Of a stretch of DNA of 64,000 nucleotides, positions 27,121-40,821 are shown in pieces. Numbering within the stretch: the stretch's first letter is position 1; each line of letters begins with the position of its first letter. Position numbers and translations under genes: made by a program. The notes beneath the pieces are model-generated. The model saw nothing but the letters and a program-made list of their open reading frames with translations, ran no database searches and was not told the DNA's origin. Source of the DNA: Tubiluchus corallicola (Eukaryota > Animalia > Priapulida); contig JAQGDQ010000285.1 in NCBI GenBank assembly GCA_030141605.1, forward strand, positions 69,444 to 133,443. The letters are read 5' to 3'.

Positions 27121-28479
27121 TAGCAAAACTGTGAAAAGGTTTATTATAGTAATGAAAGAAACAATGGAAGACTACTCAGCATTGCTTCGCAAATCACTTT
27201 GTAGTACTGCATTAAAAAAGTATGGCCACAACAGCACAGATTATGCTGAAGCCCAGATTATACTTCACATATTGCTTTCTTACATGCTGTTGTATCAGTT
27301 CTGAACAACTACCAGTAGAACTATAGTTGCAGTTGCAGTCTACTGACAGTTATTCAGAACTGGTGCAACAGTGTAAAAAAGCAATATGAGAAGTATAGTC
27401 TGGGTTTTAGCATAATCTGTCCTATTGTTCTACTGGCAGTTCTAAAACTGTATACAGTGGTATGCAAAGCAATACTTAACAAAAGCATATTTTCTAAAAT
27501 GGTCCCCAAACTTGATACAATGTTGCCCAAAAGTTGGTTGTCTGTATCACACAGAGGAACAAATGCTTCCTAGTTTTTTAAGAGAATGTCATTTTGAACC
27601 TCCATTCTTATTACTCCAAAGTGCTTAAAATGCATACTCCCATTACTGATTGTGCTGCGCAAGATAAAACAGGATTACAGAGTAAAATTAGTATATTTAT
27701 TTCATCACCATCATTAATTCATTATACAAGCAGTTGTATTACACCAGACAAGCATTGTTAATAATATTTCTGGCACCACATTGTTGCTTCGTGTTTGCAG
27801 TTGATGTGTTTATTTCCAGTGCTTCAAGTGTTAAATATGGCTGCAGTAGATCTTGGTTAATTATCGATAGGCTCCACATTTATTTTTTTACAAAAGAAGC
27901 TACTCCTTATAAGGAAAACTTATCATTACATGATGAGCTCAGGGTTACAAAAAACAAATACACATGGGATATGGTAAAACACTAACTTGCCAAAAGATTG
28001 TTGTGCAATTTTTAGTGTTTTACCATAACCCATCTATTTCAGTTTTAAACCTAGAGCTCATCATGTAGCAATAACCTTTCCTCGTAAAGAATAGTTTATT
28101 TTGGAAAAAAGCCAAACATTAAATAAAGTGTACTTAACCATATTGAAAGTGTATGCACATTACTGCAGCATGAATCTTCGAGTGGCAACCATCTTTGAAA
28201 TTGCGACAGCTGTCTTAAATTGCTGATTCAGAATTGTTGACATGTCAACATGTTATACTAGAGGCCTAGCTCGTCAAAAAAAAGATAAGGAGCATTTGTA
28301 ACTCTGAGTCGCACAGACAATGCAAACTGAAAGGTTGACTGAAAGGTTGATAGTGATTTCACAACAGTATTTTATATAAAATTGCAAAAATACTCATCAG
28401 CATGTAAGTTTAGGTGTATATGTATATATTATCAATCCAACAACGTAGTTACCCACATAGTCAGCATTGCAATGACTAT

Positions 28480-31400
28480 TTAGCCATTCATCACTTGTTG
28501 TACAAGATCTAAAAAATAGTATAATAATAAAATACTTATGACTGTCTTTGAGTTTAAACTGAAACTTCTTCAATGAGTGACAAAACCATTTGTGTTCCCC
28601 ACTCTATTTTTTTATTCTTATAGTGTTGTCAAAACTATTACAGTTAATGATAATTGATTAGCAAAACTTGCTAAAAAATGATAATAGCAAGGTGATAGGT
28701 AGGTCATATGAAATTTTTTTTACATGTAATGTACATTACATTTGATTAATAAATTGAACAGTTCTTCAAAACATAAGCTATACAGTTCATTTACAAAATA
28801 AAAAGCTCTTCTGATTTGATTTTTGACACAATTACTAGTAAATGACCAACTTACCCTCATAATTAACATTGCCAACAGTGTCCTCCATACCTGCAGTCAA
28901 CATTTCAACTTCTTCATCGGTAAGTTTTTCACCTGGTATTATAAAAAAGCTTAAAATTTAGATAAAAATGGCTTGTTTTATTACTAAACTACAGAAACAA
29001 AAAGATCACAAGTCTAAGACAACATTCTGCATGAACAGAAACAGTTCGTTGCATTCACAATTTCCTAATTCAAGCCTCATAGTAACGAATCAAACTCAAA
29101 GCATAACAACAACAACATAACAAACAACAATGTGTTTTGCCCAATTAGCCGATTGAACTTATTAACGGATGGGTGTAGTATTACTGGTATAGAAGTATGA
29201 GTCACCAGCTTAGTAAGCACTTGCAAAGGTTTTTAATGAATTTTAGAAAGGACGTAATGCCTAAATTCCTTTGTGCAGTTAAAAATTAGAAAAAATATTT
29301 TAAAATATTAATTTATATAAGTGAATTAGCAATAAATTAAAAAGTATACTTCTCTAAATCACACAAGTCTGTTTATTTGTAAAAATTACAAAAATTCCTT
29401 CAAAGACAGCGGCTTTATTTTATCGCGAAGAAGTTGGCTCACAAAGTTCTCATAATGATAAAAATGTTGAAAATCTGTTGTTACATGATGCACAAATTCC
29501 ATAAAATACTCAGTGCTTGGCGTGCTTAAACTGTTGGAGGTGCGCCTGTTTCCCTGCAAGTAGCTTCGTCTGCTATAAGCTCCCGCTTGCTATAATTGTG
29601 ACATATTTACTGTACTGTACATGCATCCCAGCATAACAGCAACATCTAACTCAGTGGTGTGCAAACTGCGGCCTGCCAAGAGATCTTGTGCGGCCTGCAA
29701 AAGGTTTTTCAACCCGATGAAAGTGCGGCCCGGGTGATGAATTGAGTCGCAGGAAGTATTTTCCGGAAGTATCAGGAAGATATTTCCAGCTGAAGTCTGC
29801 GCCACGATCGCAAAGATAGTGAGGGTAGTTTTTTCACTAGATCGGATGGCATTAACCCTTACAAGATGGTTGTCACTTAATGCCACTATAGGACATGAGA
29901 AATTTTACGTTGCTCATTTGGATCACAAAAAAGCGATGTAATCACAGAACACAGCAAACTACAGCAATCTGATTGGCTGGGAGGAAGACCAACAAGCCAA
30001 TCTCTAGGCTTGTATTATCAGGCCGGTTGATTGGTCCAGTCGTTTTCTTGGTCATAGCAGGTAGATCATTTTGACTTGGTTATTTTACAAAATAAATTAT
30101 AAATAAAATTATAAAATAACCAAGTCAAAATGATCTCCTACTATGATTAAGAAGATGACTGGGCAGATCAATTTGTAAGTAGCCAGCAAGCTGAAAAAGT
30201 GTGGTAACCCCTGATATAGAGGATTCCCAGATTTTAGTTTCTGCTTAGGCTCAGTAGTACACGCCTTGATCAGTGGTTGTTTCATCGTTTCATCAGGTGT
30301 AGTGTTTTTATAGATTAGAAACATGGATAAGAAAATGAGGAGGATTGAAGAACATCGAGTGTTTGAACAACAAGATTAATATGCACTGTACTACACAGAT
30401 TGTGTGATACACTGTACTAATACGCATTGTAATAAAATTACCACTATCTGACATGAAAGTTGAAATCTATGGTTTTTAATGTAAATTTTAATAACTTCTA
30501 CAATAGTTTTCTTGAGTGTCGTAGTAATGATGTGCGAAGATAGAATGCAAAAAAATCGCTATTAGTTCGTACTGTTCTTGTTTCCTTGACCAAACTGCAT
30601 ACGGCCCATGGGAAAGTTTATTGTGGCCCGGCTAGTCAAATAGTTTGCATACCCCTGATCTAACTGACTAAAGTTTCTGGCAAAGACAGTCAGAGCTTCA
30701 AAAGCAAACCACTAAACATGTGATTAAATATTTAGCTTTGAGGAATTCTTGGGTAACGAGTGGACAGGCGATGGGTCAAAGCAAACCATTAGGCTAGCGT
30801 AATTTTTAGCACATGATAAACGTTCCTGCTTACAAACAAAACCGTACTTAACATGATTGTTTCTATGTATATTATAGGACAAAAGCGAACTAAGATGATA
30901 AAAAAGTCAAAAAAGCTCATTAGTCACACGAAAGTGTCTTACTGAAGCATGTGAAAGCAAAAATATTGTCAATTATGAAGAGTTATTTGAGTCAATTACG
31001 ACAGTTTTTGTGTACATTTGAACAGAAGCGACCCGTGCTAGGAGTTTTTGTGTCAATTAAGCGATTGAGTCTATTAACTGTGAGTCCATTAAGCGGCCCT
31101 ACTGTATTACAAAGACTGCTCTATATAAAAATATTTGTTGTAATTCATCTAAAGATAAACAGTTTACATAAAAACTACAAAAAACAAAATGAATTCAAAG
31201 GTAACATAAATGCAAATGTCTCCTATTTTACTCAACTTTAGTGTTTTTATTTAAAACATGCAACAATATAATTAGAGAACCAAAGTGTGGATCGACCAAG
31301 CAATCTAGTAAAAAACACCTTCTCATACCTATTGTTGTAAGCAAATGTCTTAGTTCGGCACTACTCATTGTCCCATTTCCATCCTTGTCAAATACTCTAA

Positions 31401-34400
31401 GGCCTTCAATGAAATCACCAGCTGTGGATGGTTCTGCATTACGAATTACCGTCTGCAATATTGGCAGGAATGTTTCAAATGAGATTCTCATTTCTGAAAA
31501 AATACAAATACAGAATCATCATACCAGAAATGCAGTAGCTTGTCGGAAAAGGTGATCAAACTCGTCATTTCAATATGCATCATTAGTACAAATTTGCACT
31601 GACAGTTGCACGGGCATGAAAAATCAGATTCGCGTACCCCTTTTACTATTACCTGTAACCTATTGCATGTCTGGGCACTAGACTGTCAAGATTCAATAGT
31701 ATCCTCACTATGATATAAGCTTTTACAACATAAAATCCTGCTCTCATTATGAATATTCAATTTACTTTATTATAAACTTAATGTAAAACTTGTTTCTTTT
31801 GCTTTTTATCTGTACATGGTTAGCGGTATTAAATTTGAATAACTGCCATTTTTTCGTTGCGTGAGACGCATGACGTAACAACTGCAGTAAAGAAGTCACC
31901 TTTCTGATACGATAAACAAACATAGGTAACCAAAGATACTTTCTGCACTCTTTACGTTATTCTCGCTTACTTGCACCAAAGACACGAAACATGGCGATCT
32001 TCACGGCAATGTGCACGTTCGAAACTCGCCTCAAAAAAGTGAGTTATTTAATTTATTAGTCACTTTTATCAAAAGTAACTATAAATTCTTTGTGTAACCA
32101 TAATAATGCGTAAAAACCTTAATGTTTGTTGCGATTATAAAGGCCTTTAAATTTGTAATTCCAAACAAAAACAAGCAGGGATACTTTCTACAAGTTATCT
32201 TTGTGAATAATTAAAGTTTGTTTTTTTGCACAGCTACTCATTTTAGCAAAAGTAGTTTGAGCTGCTATCTGCTTGCAACTGATTAAACACATTTAAGCGT
32301 AGTACAAAGGCAAAAATCTTTGCAAATATTTAATTTTTGCCGATGCTGTGCTGAGTTGCCATAGCTGTACAGCTGAAATACAGCAGCTTAAATAATAATG
32401 TGTAATAATTAACTACTTACTAGGACTAGGTAGAATTATCAGGCTTGAGTAACAAACAGTTTGGAGTAATTACTTGCAAGGTACACATTAGTTTGCATCC
32501 TACCTGGCTTGTCATGGTAACCGCATCGTCGCACCTCAGCCTCCGTTGGATTCTGGCCCATGGCTCGCAAACATTCTCCTATTTGCGATGCGGCTATTTT
32601 TCCGTCACCTTTGTTGTCAAAGATTTGAAAAATTTCCTGGTAATCTGAAATAAAAAGGCTGTGCGAGAATTGCAGCAAAGGAGAACATTATATGAATGTA
32701 TGCCTGTAACAAGCACAAACATAACAAGAAACAACACAGCAACAGCAGAATTCAATTTACAGCCTACAGATCATTAGCCAAGTCAGAATATACAATAAAT
32801 TGTTAAAATCAATGGCTTCACCTAAGCGTGGTTCACAATAGATATAGTTTATTTTTAAGGACATTGTCCACAAGCAAATACAAAATAGACACTCCTACAA
32901 CATAAAAATTACGATAAAAATATACAGAATTTTATGACATTTTTTAAAAAGCTACTGCCACATAAGGCATAATAACACAAGATAAAGTAAGAGAGAATGT
33001 TAAAATTTCAAGCTGTTGCAGTATCAGATGTTGATATAATACAGTATTCCGACTTGTGGCCATTCACTTAAAAATTCTTTTAAGAGATTATTATTAAAAT
33101 ATCAATCACTGAAATAGTTTTGTTTTGAGAGTGTACATTTCACTGATATTTAAAAATTTTATTCGATCTGGCCGACTCTATTAGTTAAATGCAAGCTGCC
33201 GGCATAAACGTTTTCCTGTAATGTTCAGTATGCATTTTTGGATGAAATTGCATTTCTCTTCTGCTAGTAGTTTTCGTGGGTGGTAATAGAGGACATTTGC
33301 TTTTTATCACTTTGTTGAGATATTTTAAGCATCAGCGTTCTCTGCGGTTGGCAACAGATATGAGGTCTGTTCCAACTGTTTTGCTTGCTCGTTTCCAGAT
33401 TTTTTTCTGTACCTTTCTTTTTTGTGACAACAGTGATTATTGATATTATCTGTGACACCAGAAGCTTTATAAGTCGTTTAGCTTCTGATGTCACAGATAA
33501 TATCAATAATCACTGATGTGGTAAAAACCAAAGTAAAAGTGCAAAACTCAACCTCTGTACTTAAGTGACATTTTATAGACAGTAAAATGGAGTTCATTAA
33601 TAAATATATATCTTGTAGATTTCATTCACTTATCAGTTATCACTTTGTAAATACAGGATGTACATGTATTATTTTTCTGCACATTCTACTGAACCTGAGT
33701 CATCGTGCATGATAGCCGAATTACCATTTACAAATCGTGTAATGCTATACAGTTAGTAATGTTTATATTAAAATTTCAATGCCAGGGAAGAATTTCTTCT
33801 TTGAAATATTTTGTGAGAAAGGATTAGACTCATACGTAGTTTTACGCTTATAAATGTCTACAGTGCTTCTTCACAGTAGATAATTGCCATATAAAGTTTT
33901 TTCTGTTCAAATGGATATGTCATTTTTGGAATGTCATTCATTGTTGTCATGAATCCGTTTTTTTCGTGGAGACGTCATTTAGAATGGAAATTGCCATTGC
34001 TATGAAATCCATTTGAAACGTAAAAATTTAGAAAACGGAATAACTTTGTTGTGACGACTCAATATAAACACTGGCTAAAAGTTTATTAAATGAACAGTAA
34101 CAAGAATGAGACACCCACATCATAGCGAAATAGACTGCTTCTTTAAGCCAACCCACAACAGGGGTTGCTTCACAAGAAAGTAACCCAAAAATAAGGAGCA
34201 AAATTCATCACAGACTACTCAATAGTTGGACAATTTCAAGGGGAATTTTGGCCAAGATGAAAAAAATCACATAATTGCCCGTAAGAGTTTACATACCAAT
34301 AATTTGATCTTCTGTAAGAGTCGACTGAAATAGAAACAAGAAAACATTAATTACTACTTATTAACAATCAATTTTTTAATTTTTAATTAAAAATTGTCAT

Positions 34401-36300
34401 TTTTTTAAAAAGTAATTGATAATACTGGTAATAAAACACACAAAAATGCAAATTAAAATAATCATATTATCACTAGCCGCAAAATATTTTATAGATAATT
34501 AATATAGTTGTGCAGTCAATATCAGCACGTTCATACACCAAGCTTGAATTTTGTTTTTATTTAAATAACGAAATAGAGAATTTTCAGTCTCAGTATTACT
34601 ACAATTCGAGTACATAAGTTCAGTTTCTTCTAAAAAGTGACTTACGTGATTTTTTTTGTTACTAAAAATATATTTAAAGAAATAGTGTTGAGCATGAATG
34701 TCAAGTATCTTGTATTGCAAAAATATAAAAAAGCATAATTAAAAAACAAGTTATTTAGTATCATCTCCAGTAGCCTTTTCAGAATACATAGTTTTCCTAT
34801 CTACATAAAGTATTGCAGCTTTAAATTTCACGTAAATTGGTCATAAGTATTAGTAAAATCTGCTAGACTTTCAGCTAATGTTTTGCTACATCTTGTCAAT
34901 ATTCTGGAACGTGCTATAACGTGGTACTTGTCGCAATACAATTGATGAAGCAGGGTAATGTGAAAAATAGCTTCTACGTGAATACATAATTAGTTGTTTT
35001 CACATACTGCAGACTTTGCCCGTAATAAAAGTAGTTACTGTTTATACAATCTGTAACAGTGAAAATGATTTCGAGGCTGTGCAGATGAAACCTTTGCTTC
35101 GATTCTTAATGAAAGTTGTTTCTTTCTCAATACTGCAGAGTAGCTGTATAAATGGGCTTTAATATTATAATAAGTTCTGATTCACAATTGCAAATCCTAT
35201 TTGAACATTTTTGGCAATTTATAACCTTTATAAAGTTTTTGTTTCGGTACTTTGGAAAATAATTTATTTGCCTTTTCCTCTCGTTCAATGCTAATAATGC
35301 CATCTTCAAATAAATCGCTATTACTATCACTTTTAAACTACCTTGTAACATAAATTACATAATTATACAACCTTTTAATTGGTCTCGAATCTTTCAATTA
35401 AGTTTTAATCTGCCTTAATAATATTTCTTGATTCAATATCTCTCCATAATTGTCAACTGTGGCTAGATGACTTTTACAGGTGTCATGGTTAACATCTTGC
35501 CATGTGTTGCCCGTCTTCCGTAGCCATCTTAGTATAATAATTTTCTCAGCATTTTTCACACACAGCAGAGATGTGATTTATACGTTTTCACACTGAAATC
35601 CATTAAATTCTTCACTTCAAATGTATATTTAGAAAATAAATTCTTTTCACAGATAACAACACCTCTAAACACCTGTTTTTTTCCTCGTGCACATACCCAG
35701 TTTCTTTAAGTTAGTTTCGTGGTTAATTGTAAGTGTATTTCTGTTAGTAACACTGTTGCTTCATTTTGCCCACCATAAACGTCAAAATATCCGTAAAATG
35801 ATTATTTCTCATTTGCACAATTTTAGTTATTGTCTCGTCAAACAATATTAAATCCACAGCACATAGTAGCACAACTAACTGACATAACATATGCATATAT
35901 TACATTAAAAAAGCTGTGGTTCTAAAAACCAGTTATTTATATAGGGGTGGCTGCTCGAAGATATCTGATATTTCGCTACCCCAACTATAAGTAGATACCC
36001 TAGTTGTAACCTTAGAGATAAATAAAAATTCTGAATTTGAATAGCCCTCTTAATAATAATTAACTGGACAACCTGCGAAATGGGCACTTATATACTTTCA
36101 TCGCATGTTATCGGTTACAGATCGACTAGGTTATAAGCCCAAAGGAAATAATAAAGAGCAATCACAAACACACAAGAACCTCAATGGTCCTCATACGTCA
36201 ACTAATCCAAATTTTTCGTTTCACTTAATAACATCATATGAAAGATGTTTATCAAACTTTTCATTTCAATTAATAACAATTAATCAAAGAAATTTACCAT
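28480..36300 (-). CDS. Mlc-c: Non-muscle (cytoplasmic) myosin essential light chain, 147 aa; complement(join(28480..28508,28855..28932,31329..31493,32504..32644,34297..34324,36298..36300))
   Basis: [147 protein letters not shown]. The [22 protein letters not shown] and AELRHLL motifs are characteristic of MYL6/Mlc-c. All introns are GT-AG with consistent phases. Confidence 0.96.
29652..30657. mobile_element. hAT (Charlie-like) non-autonomous element in Mlc-c intron 4
   Basis: TIRs CAGTGGTGTGCAAACT and (revcomp) CAGGGGTATGCAAACT; perfect 8-bp TSD ATCTAACT at 29644-29651 and 30658-30665; GGCCC subterminal motifs. Confidence 0.9.
31910..32056. repeat. Dispersed repeat; inverted copy at ~45337-45475 in a ROGDI intron
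   Basis: AAACAAACAT..GTAACCAAAGA..CTTTCTG...CAAAGAC.CGAAACATGGCGATCTT...GTTCGAAA...AAAAAAGT...TTATTTAATTTA matches the reverse complement of 45337-45475. Confidence 0.7.
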
Positions 36301-37297
36301 GATGATTCAATTCCCTAAAATCGAGTTAAATCATTCAACAACTTCCCAAATAAGTTCCTAACGAAATCCGCCTTTTCCTTCGAGTTCGACGTCCGGTTTT
36401 TGGCTCGAGTCAAAGCCAATCTAACCGATAAATTTTTGTCACGATTTTTCCAGGCAACTGCACTGCATAAACTGTTATCGAGTTTGATTTAAAAGACGAT
36501 TATAAGTATCAATAAACTTGTTTAGTCTACACTAAATTCAAGTCTAATGCAAAAAATAATAAGAAAGTGTAACAACTTATTCAAGAACGCTAGGTTTATG
36601 CCTGATTTCACTTTTAAGAATCTGGGGGGGACTCAAAATTAATTTGAGTGTAGTTGATTCAAAATTAAAATTTAACGAGTACTATAATAATTATTATTGA
36701 TTTTTTAGTTAATATGGATAATTGGTTATTTTTGATGAATCCAACAGGCTAACATGATCAATGTGCTAATAATCATAATAATTGTCTCATGTTTAACAAA
36801 ATTTATTAAGTGTGATAGTGTATTTTGTGCCTGGAACTATAGAACTATATTAGTAAAAAGAGACTACAAATTGTGCATAATTAGATTTATTATCCACATG
36901 TTACAGGGAATATTTTAAATTTAAAAATTGTGTAAAATTCCTAAGCAATTAACACTTCGTATATATAGCTCCTATAGATTTCCTTCTTGTACATGTTATA
37001 ATGATTGATTTTCTGTTGTAACAATCGTAACACCATGCACCATAGGCGTAAGGAGGCTGCCTTATCGCACTGACGTTAAAGTCATTTACATGATGAATTA
37101 CCTAGTATTTTTCGTCATTGTTCATTGCTTTATTTGCGTGCCCTTTTTAATTCAGTATAAAATCGGTCTTTCATTTTAAGCACGGAGTAGTTAGGTGTTT
37201 CTGTATATATCCTGTCTGAAACACAAGTAGAATGGAAGTGCCAATGTCCTTAGATTTGGCACATCTTTTTTTCTCATTTAGTAGTTTCCGCACATGC

Positions 37298-37965
37298 ACT
37301 AATGTATAAGGCAGAGCCATTTAATGGGTATGATCCATTTAGTGGGCATGCAAAATTTCGGTTTCCTACAATGGAAGCTGTGCCATGGTATGGCTTTCAA
37401 TGATAAATGTGACAATACAACACCAACAACATGACCAAGCAGGATCTCGCACTTAATTTTTTTTTGTACCGGATCTAAAAACACAACACTTCTACAAAAG
37501 GCAGCAGCTGTAAACGATATAATCACGCATCGTGAATGTTTGCTTGAAATGCTTCTCACCGTTTTTAACATAAAAATTTCCTAGTACACACAAACTAGGC
37601 TTATTTTACACATTCTCTAGAGCAAAACTGGTATTAAATAAAATGCGTAGGAAAATTTCATCCAAAAAATTTCGTGATATTAAATATTTACTATATATAT
37701 AAAACAACTTTTGTATTAAAATCGGTAGCAAGCATTTCAAGCAAACATTCATGATGCGTGATTGTATTGTTCACAGCTGCTGCCTTTTGTAGAAGTGTTG
37801 TGTTTTTAGATCTGGTACAAATTAAGTGCGAGATCCTGCTTGGTCATGTTATTGGTGTTGCGTTGTCACATTTATCGTTGAAAGCCATCCCACAGCACAG
37901 TTTTCATTGTTGGAAACTGAAATTTTGCATGTCCATTAAAATAATATAACGCCTTATACATTAGT
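37298..37965. mobile_element. Fold-back/MITE-like element with ~250-270 bp imperfect inverted arms
   Basis: ACTAATGTATAAGGC...GCCTTATACATTAGT termini; the arms give near-identical ORFs on opposite strands (37299-37571 minus, 37758-37949 plus). Confidence 0.85.
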
Positions 37966-40821
37966 CGGCCAATATGGCCACCTTGTCGGCTATCTTGAAT
38001 GCTGTGGCCATATAAGATAATTTTTGATTGGCTCCTTATCCAAAATTAATCATCTTAATGGATTCTAACACTGTGCTTTGAATCAAAATGAGCATTTTTC
38101 ACAATTCTGGTAGACTAAAGACCCATTCATTTTGGTCAAATGGTGACTATCTTTTTTGACGTTCATAATCAGACCCTTCTGGTGCTCAAATTTTGGCGTA
38201 TTCTAGGTATGTTATTCTCTGGACCAAAATATTCAGCAAATTGACTCTACTGGTAACAGTATGGGTAAATTTGACCATTGACTGTAAATGCATCGACATT
38301 ATCCAAATTTGCAGTCATAGTAATCTAACGAAAGGTAAAATATGGGTCAGACTGTATAATTTTTATTCACTGTGACAAAACGAGTAATTTGATGTGCATT
38401 TCACTAGGATTTGTGAATTTTTGAAATTCAGCCCCCATACAAAAATTGTTTGAAGAGGGTAGCCCAAGCTAGAAACTTTTAGTACCCCTCAAGCAATCTA
38501 AAACAGATTTCAAATCTTTGGTCCAGTGAAAGTGTTACGGAACATTAAAATTCTTCCTCTACTAATTGTTAACACAGATAACGAATAATAATAACTCTTC
38601 CATCTGCCAGCAGAAATACGTAACTCCACAACTGCCATTAGTGTATGAAATTACTCTGTTAGAACATAAGCCAGCGTTCAACATCATGTAATAGATGTAA
38701 CATAGCAATATTTTTAACAAATTTTATTTTCTTGTTACAGTACGTGTTACTAAAGGATTTACACTTTATATTTTTGTACTGCTTATAACTGCACAATATT
38801 AATTTAAATGTATATAATACACACTCAAGTCTAAACATTAATTTCTTAACAATAATAAGCAACTGTAAACTTTTTCAGATAAGAAACTCAAGAAGTATGT
38901 ATTAACACAAATTATGCAGAAGAGAAAAATTAAAAAGTGACGATACTATATGTACATAAAAATGTTAAGTATATAAATTAACTGTAAAAGTAAACAAACT
39001 AAACAAAAACACCGGAAACAGTGAGACTGACATACATTCACATTACGCAATCAAAATGTCTTGTTCATGGTCCAGTAATCAGCACTTTTGAGAAGTATAT
39101 GTAAACAGTATAGCTTCTTGAAGATCAATACAACAATGAGCATCATAGCAATAATAGTGACAGCAATAGATGTAAACAAATCATAATTAAACACCTGAAA
39201 TAATTTAACAGAAAATTATCTTGAGCGGGCATAGAACTCATTTGCAAAAAATAAGGTTCATTGACAGAAAAAACCCTTTGGCTTGCCCTAGTTATTTTTA
39301 CCTATAATCAGGTACCTCACATCATCTATAGTCAGGTACACATTACATTACATTACCAAAAGAAGTAACTGTCAAAACATTTGAATGTCACAAGAACTAT
39401 ATTTATAAATGAATCATCACATCAATGTTAGTTATACAATTACTTCTCAAATGATATATATTGAATGAATGCCTGCCATAGTGTCTACATAGTGCTAACT
39501 AATGCACAATAGCAAAACATATCTAAAATGAACAAAAGGCATAATTTCAATGCATTTATACAAAAAATGTAATTTCACACCAGAAAAATTTAGAAATATC
39601 ACAAAACATTTATTGCATCTTAGTTTATATTTTTATACTTGCACGGATCACTGAAAAGAGAAAAATAATCAGTAAAGCTGTATATTATTCTGAATTACCA
39701 AGGCATTTCATTTTAGTCTTTCCTGCAAGCATTCATTAGTAAGAATTACTAACAATAATTATTTACAACTAATTAAGCAAGAAAGCACCTTTAGAATGTC
39801 CAATAATATTTTAAAAAAAATTATGTATTGAAGGTATAGGCCTACACCAGCCATTTTTTTGCCTAAATACAAGATAACATAAGCTATGTAACACTTACTT
39901 AAGCACATAACAAGAATTAAAGAATATATAATTTAATAAATAAATAACAATTGTTGAAGTAACACAGTTTACTAGTCTTCAGTTCTCTCTACGCAAGAGG
40001 CCATCAAGCCAACTCACCTACTGCTGAACTGATTTTCCATTAATCAGAATACAGATATAGGCTTATAATCAACATAACCGGAAAAAATATAGGATAGTAC
40101 GACAACTTGCATAACATAAGCATAGAATATTTCTATTCTGACAGGAAAAACCCTTGTACTGATAAGATGACTAAAATAATTCCAAATTGTCTGACATTAG
40201 CGGCTGACACTTTCGGCACTTTTGTTAGCAGAATTTAATTTTTTTTGCTTTTTGCTAAGCATATATTGAAATTTCAATGCATTCAGTTTTTTTCTATAGT
40301 TTGGCTCTTACTGTTTTGCAAACAGAAATAACACAAAAGTGAAATTAATCAAAGTGAAAAGACAATCTGAACATTTGACAAAAGGATAAAACACAAAGGT
40401 TTGCATAAGCACTTTAAAATAAACTCTAAATTTAAAAAAACAGGAGGGTATATCAGCTAAATCACATACAGTGTTTAAGTGAATTTTTTGCATGAGTTTT
40501 TGAGTCCAATTAAGGGGCATCGTTTTTTCACTATTATCATATATTCCAGCTACAGTCAGGATAGCACTATTGCTGTTACCTGCAGCATTTGATAAACATA
40601 AGCAGTAATGCGAGCAATCTATTTTAGTCTTCGCAATGCATACATAAATAACACAATAAGATTTATTAACACTACTATATAATAATTTAACAACTGACAA
40701 TGCATTGGAAATGTAATGCCTATACACAAAGGAAAGTGATCTACACAGACTACGGAACAAATGCTATTTCATTACCAACTAGCACAAAACACTCTGAGCT
40801 AGGCATATTTGGAGTCTTCTT

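Noticed and set aside
30255-30302. Minus-strand CTGATGA..GAAAC minimal hammerhead
   Set aside because: Stems II and III and the cleavage triplet cannot be formed properly.
40308-40760. 150-aa minus-strand ORF
   Set aside because: It lies in the ROGDI 3'UTR region, has a non-ATG start and AT-biased composition, and shows no domain.
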